Assembly (NCBI GenBank): GCA_009692825.1
Contig: SHYL01000002.1
Coordinates: 1-58,990, forward strand
Direction of reading: 5' to 3'
DNA length: 58,990 nt
DNA from: Dehalococcoidia bacterium
GTDB taxonomy: Bacteria; Chloroflexota; Dehalococcoidia; SHYB01; SHYL01
The notes under the pieces are model-generated. The model had not been told where the DNA came from. It did no database searches and saw nothing but the letters and a program-made list of their open reading frames with translations. Of this stretch, positions 56,164-58,990 are shown piece by piece. Position 1 is the stretch's first letter. Every line of letters begins with the position of its first letter. Made by a program: the position numbers and the translations under genes.

Positions 56164-57450
56164 TTGCAACACTCAAAGGTGGCTTTCAGGCTTATTGCGA
56201 TTTTATGCGCAGCAGGCTTGCTTACTGCCGCGACAGTTTCCTGCTCAAACGACAAGACAGCACCGACTCCAGCGCCTACGTCTACGGCTACGTTCCGATT
56301 TACCCCAACCGTAGCCCCTACGGCCACAAGAGTCCCAACAGTTGTTGACCCAACTGCAACATCTCTACCAGTACCTGCTCCGACCGTAGCCCCTACATTC
56401 ACAGCGGTACCAACATCAACACCGATACCACCAACATCTACTCCAACATCTACACCAGCGCCTACAGCCGTACCGACATCCACTCCTTTGCCAATACCAA
56501 CGCCTACGGCTATTCCAACAGCTACTCCGGTCCCGCCAACACCAACGCCCACCCCGACGCCAACGCAAACGCCCACCCCGACGCCAACGCAAACGCCTGC
56601 GCCAACTCCAGTTCTAAGCGTTGACACTCAGACAAAAATAGCCATAGCCGCTACTTCTCCCAGCCAGGGCTCAACTTTTGTTTACGTCGTTCCAATAGAC
56701 GCTTCGCAGGTCCAGCAGCTCTCAACATCCGTTTCTGAATCTCCTTCATGGTCTCCTGACGGACGAAAGATAGCCTTGGTTAACGCCACAGGCAGCGCTC
56801 CTCATATCTGGATAATGAACTCAGACGGCAGTAACAGAGTGCAACTGACCAACCGCGGAGGAGAGATTGAGCCTCTATGGTCAACTGACGGTCATAGCCT
56901 TATTTATTCAGCCACTGATTTCGCAGAGACAGTGCACAGGCTCGAACGTATCAATATCGATGGAACCAACCGAACTGTGATTGTTGACGACGGACGCGAT
57001 GCGAGATTCCCTACTGTATCGCCGGACGGTCTGAGACTGGTATTCAGCTCATTGACCCCGGGCACAACAAAATACTCGTTGCAAATCATGACTATGGGAG
57101 GCGCTCGGACAACTCTCTATGCTGACGACAACAGCAACATACGGGCATCTTGGTCAGTCGAAAATTCAATCGCTTACGAAGCTATCCAGCCGGGAGGCGA
57201 TTCAAAGATTTACACGATAGCCACTGATGGGTCCAGCAGGGCATTGCTTCAGGTTGGGAACCCACAGATGAGCGCAGGTTCCCCGAGCTGGTCACCCGAC
57301 GCAAAACGCTTAGCCATGTGGGTAATCTCACCGGGCACTTCTTCAGGCAGGCTGATGGGCGTGTGGCGGACCGGTAACCTTTTCACAACCTACAATATTC
57401 CACTCAGCCTGGACGTAACCTACGTGTCCTGGTCTCCGTTTATTCGATAG
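56164..57450 (+). CDS. Lipoprotein with a Pro/Thr-rich linker and a TolB-like (PD40/WD40-like) beta-propeller
   Basis: Signal peptide plus lipobox LTAATVSC. A P/T linker of about 115 aa follows. Repeated SPDG/WSPDG motifs occur as SWSPDGRKIA, TVSPDGLRLVF and SWSPDAKRLA. TTG start. Confidence 0.8.
   Translation: MQHSKVAFRLIAILCAAGLLTAATVSCSNDKTAPTPAPTSTATFRFTPTVAPTATRVPTVVDPTATSLPVPAPTVAPTFTAVPTSTPIPPTSTPTSTPAPTAVPTSTPLPIPTPTAIPTATPVPPTPTPTPTPTQTPTPTPTQTPAPTPVLSVDTQTKIAIAATSPSQGSTFVYVVPIDASQVQQLSTSVSESPSWSPDGRKIALVNATGSAPHIWIMNSDGSNRVQLTNRGGEIEPLWSTDGHSLIYSATDFAETVHRLERINIDGTNRTVIVDDGRDARFPTVSPDGLRLVFSSLTPGTTKYSLQIMTMGGARTTLYADDNSNIRASWSVENSIAYEAIQPGGDSKIYTIATDGSSRALLQVGNPQMSAGSPSWSPDAKRLAMWVISPGTSSGRLMGVWRTGNLFTTYNIPLSLDVTYVSWSPFIR
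56545..56592 (+). repeat. Perfect 24-bp tandem duplication inside the P/T linker
   Basis: ACGCCCACCCCGACGCCAACGCAA occurs twice (56545-56568 and 56569-56592), encoding TPTPTPTQ twice. Confidence 0.9.
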
Positions 57451-57498
57451 CGTCTGCCTGAAGATGTGCGCCGTGCCTATAATATAAGCGCGGCGCAC

Positions 57499-57762
57499 AT
57501 GAACCTACTAGGAATCGGACCTTTAGAGCTTGTACTTATAGTTGCCATTGCACTCATAGTGCTGGGGCCAAACAAACTTATGACTTCAGCCCGCTCGATG
57601 GGCAAGCTATTCAGTGAAGCTAAAAGTAAGGTTGAGGAAGCAAAAACAGCTATAGAAGAGACCGAAAACGAAAGTTCCGAAAAACCCGCTAAGACCGAAA
57701 AGGCTCAGCTCCCCAGCAGCAGTACAACAAACTCTGAATCACCAAAGAACCTGACTCACTAG
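57499..57762 (+). CDS. tatA: Twin-arginine translocase subunit TatA/E
   Basis: MNLLGIGPLELVLIVAIALIVLGPNKL fits the TatA N-terminus. The listed ORF start (GTG at 57466) adds 11 atypical residues. Confidence 0.85.
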   Translation: MNLLGIGPLELVLIVAIALIVLGPNKLMTSARSMGKLFSEAKSKVEEAKTAIEETENESSEKPAKTEKAQLPSSSTTNSESPKNLTH

Positions 57763-57774
57763 GCGTGTGCTGTA

Positions 57775-58527
57775 ATGATTGATAAACGGATGACTTTTGG
57801 TGAGCATTTAGAGGAGCTCCGAAGCCGGCTTACCATTTCTCTTCTGGTTTTAGTGCTGACTACAGTATTTTCTTTTATAGTCGCCGAACGCTGGCTGTTT
57901 CCAATAATCAAAGCTCCCGCCCCGGAAGGCGTTCAATTCGTTACTCTGGATCCAACAGGTAACATTGGCCCATTCATTCGCTTATCACTGACATCCGGCG
58001 TTATCCTGGGAATGCCTTTAGTATTACTGCAGATAGTACTTTTCATTACATCTGCGCTTGGGGAAAAGGAACGGCGTTTCGTACTCCTTATGCTACCTGT
58101 AGTGCTCATATTCTTTTTTGGTGGGATTGCCTTCGGCTACTTTGTGATTCTGCCGCCAACAGTAAACTTCATGCTTTCATACGGCAACAGCAGCATCGCA
58201 GTAATTACACCTGCGATAGGCCGGTACATAAGCATGGTTACGATACTGCTCTTATGGCTTGGGATTGCGTTTGAGATTCCCCCTGCTATCTACGTTCTAG
58301 CAAGGGTTGGCATAGTGTCCTCAAAATGGCTGATAGGAAACTGGCGCATCATCATCGTAGGCGCTTTTGTCATTGGGGCCATCATCACGCCCACCGCCGA
58401 TCCGGTAAATCAGTCCCTCGTTTCAGTGCCGCTTATCATCCTTTACCTGTTCGGCATTGTGCTTGCGCGTATTGCAGAAGTTCAGCGAAAAAGATCGGCG
58501 ATTAGGCAAGCTAAGTCGGCCGGCTGA
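57775..58527 (+). CDS. tatC: Twin-arginine translocase subunit TatC
   Basis: MTFGEHLEELRSRL start and 6 TM helices. Confidence 0.9.
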   Translation: MIDKRMTFGEHLEELRSRLTISLLVLVLTTVFSFIVAERWLFPIIKAPAPEGVQFVTLDPTGNIGPFIRLSLTSGVILGMPLVLLQIVLFITSALGEKERRFVLLMLPVVLIFFFGGIAFGYFVILPPTVNFMLSYGNSSIAVITPAIGRYISMVTILLLWLGIAFEIPPAIYVLARVGIVSSKWLIGNWRIIIVGAFVIGAIITPTADPVNQSLVSVPLIILYLFGIVLARIAEVQRKRSAIRQAKSAG

Positions 58528-58990
58528 TTACTTGCCATTCTTTTTAGCGCGGGCATTTCCGTTCTGACTGATGGCTGGAACATTCCCATTCTGAGCATTT
58601 TGTGAAGGCGGCTGAGTCCGGGGCCTATCGAGCTTAAGCCAGCGGAACGATTCCGCATACTTCATGCCGTGCTGTTTCCCTGTATTTTCAGCATTAACTC
58701 GAACAAACTTTCCTGTACCCTCGCTGACCTGGCTCTTGTGCGCCATAAGCGCCTTTACTTTGATATCCATCGTGCTGGATATGTCCTCAAAATAGTCTGG
58801 GTCTCTTGAGCCCATCAAAAATACGTCCGTTACCTTGTGAGGCTTAAGCCCCTGCACCAGGAGGTCAGGGAATGTAAGCCTGTCGCGCACTGAAGGATAT
58901 ACCGCCGCCAGCGTAGCCTCACCTGCCGCTATATGGTCCGGATGCTGAATGTATCGGCCGCCGAATCCAAACCGCGTCAATGGGTCCTGG
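58528..58990 (-). CDS. PIG-L/LmbE-family deacetylase, C-terminal part (5' end lies outside the window)
   Basis: HPDHIAAGEA motif. The frame stays open to the window edge. Confidence 0.75.
   Translation of the reverse strand, partial: QDPLTRFGFGGRYIQHPDHIAAGEATLAAVYPSVRDRLTFPDLLVQGLKPHKVTDVFLMGSRDPDYFEDISSTMDIKVKALMAHKSQVSEGTGKFVRVNAENTGKQHGMKYAESFRWLKLDRPRTQPPSQNAQNGNVPAISQNGNARAKKNGK

Noticed and set aside
56545-56592. Tandem repeat considered as a possible CRISPR or minisatellite locus
   Set aside because: There are only two 24-bp units with no spacers, inside a coding region and in frame. No cas genes or repeat-spacer periodicity occur anywhere in the window.
56100-56627. 175-aa Gly/Val-rich ORF (GVGVGV...) on the minus strand
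   Set aside because: It is the exact antisense shadow of the Pro/Thr-rich linker (ACN/CCN codons read backwards). It has no independent start context and overlaps a well-supported lipoprotein gene.

Overview
This is a compact bacterial chromosomal segment, roughly 50% GC by eye, with many 1-4 nt start/stop overlaps. It is dominated by core metabolism and housekeeping genes. T-box leaders on amino-acid operons, rpmB next to fakA/degV/recG, and Pro/Thr-rich linkers would fit a Chloroflexota-like or other Terrabacteria genome, but that assignment is a guess.

Main blocks, in order:
- folC.
- A minus-strand moxR-DUF58-transglutaminase-ogt operon.
- A Leu (CUC) T-box leader, then ilvB-ilvN-ilvC-leuA-leuC-leuD plus an orphan DPPY DNA methyltransferase.
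- tRNA-Phe(GAA) and tRNA-Leu(CAA) bracketing a 70-codon ORF, followed by a serine-protease gene remnant and several small or accessory genes.
- A Trp (UGG) T-box leader, then trpE-G-D-C-F-B, with no trpA.
- A binding-protein-less ABC importer pair.
- rsmG, maf, an RNA methyltransferase, an MFS transporter, lysA and rpsT.
- An ABC/FtsX exporter with a CXXC-less DsbA-like protein.
- rpmB, fakA/degV and recG.
- A minus-strand block of poorly characterised genes: an orphan 138-aa protein, a frameshifted BNR propeller, an HD protein, a 613-aa repeat membrane protein and an anchored 174-aa protein.
- Polyprenyl synthase, metG, a TAG-interrupted GNAT, gamma-CA, IMPase, HNH, cvpA, a TolB-like lipoprotein, tatA/tatC and a partial PIG-L deacetylase.

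I found no CRISPR array, rRNA, transposase or integrase, prophage, or recognisable defence system. I therefore cannot point to a clear-cut novel system. The best candidates for uncharacterised biology are:
- the MoxR/DUF58/TGase cassette, which has a Ser-substituted nucleophile;
- the redox-dead DsbA-like protein coupled to an ABC exporter;
- the repeat membrane protein pair;
- the methyltransferase appended to a T-box-controlled operon.

All product calls rest on motif recognition in the supplied translations. No database search was run. Coordinates of RNA and regulatory elements are good to within a few nt.
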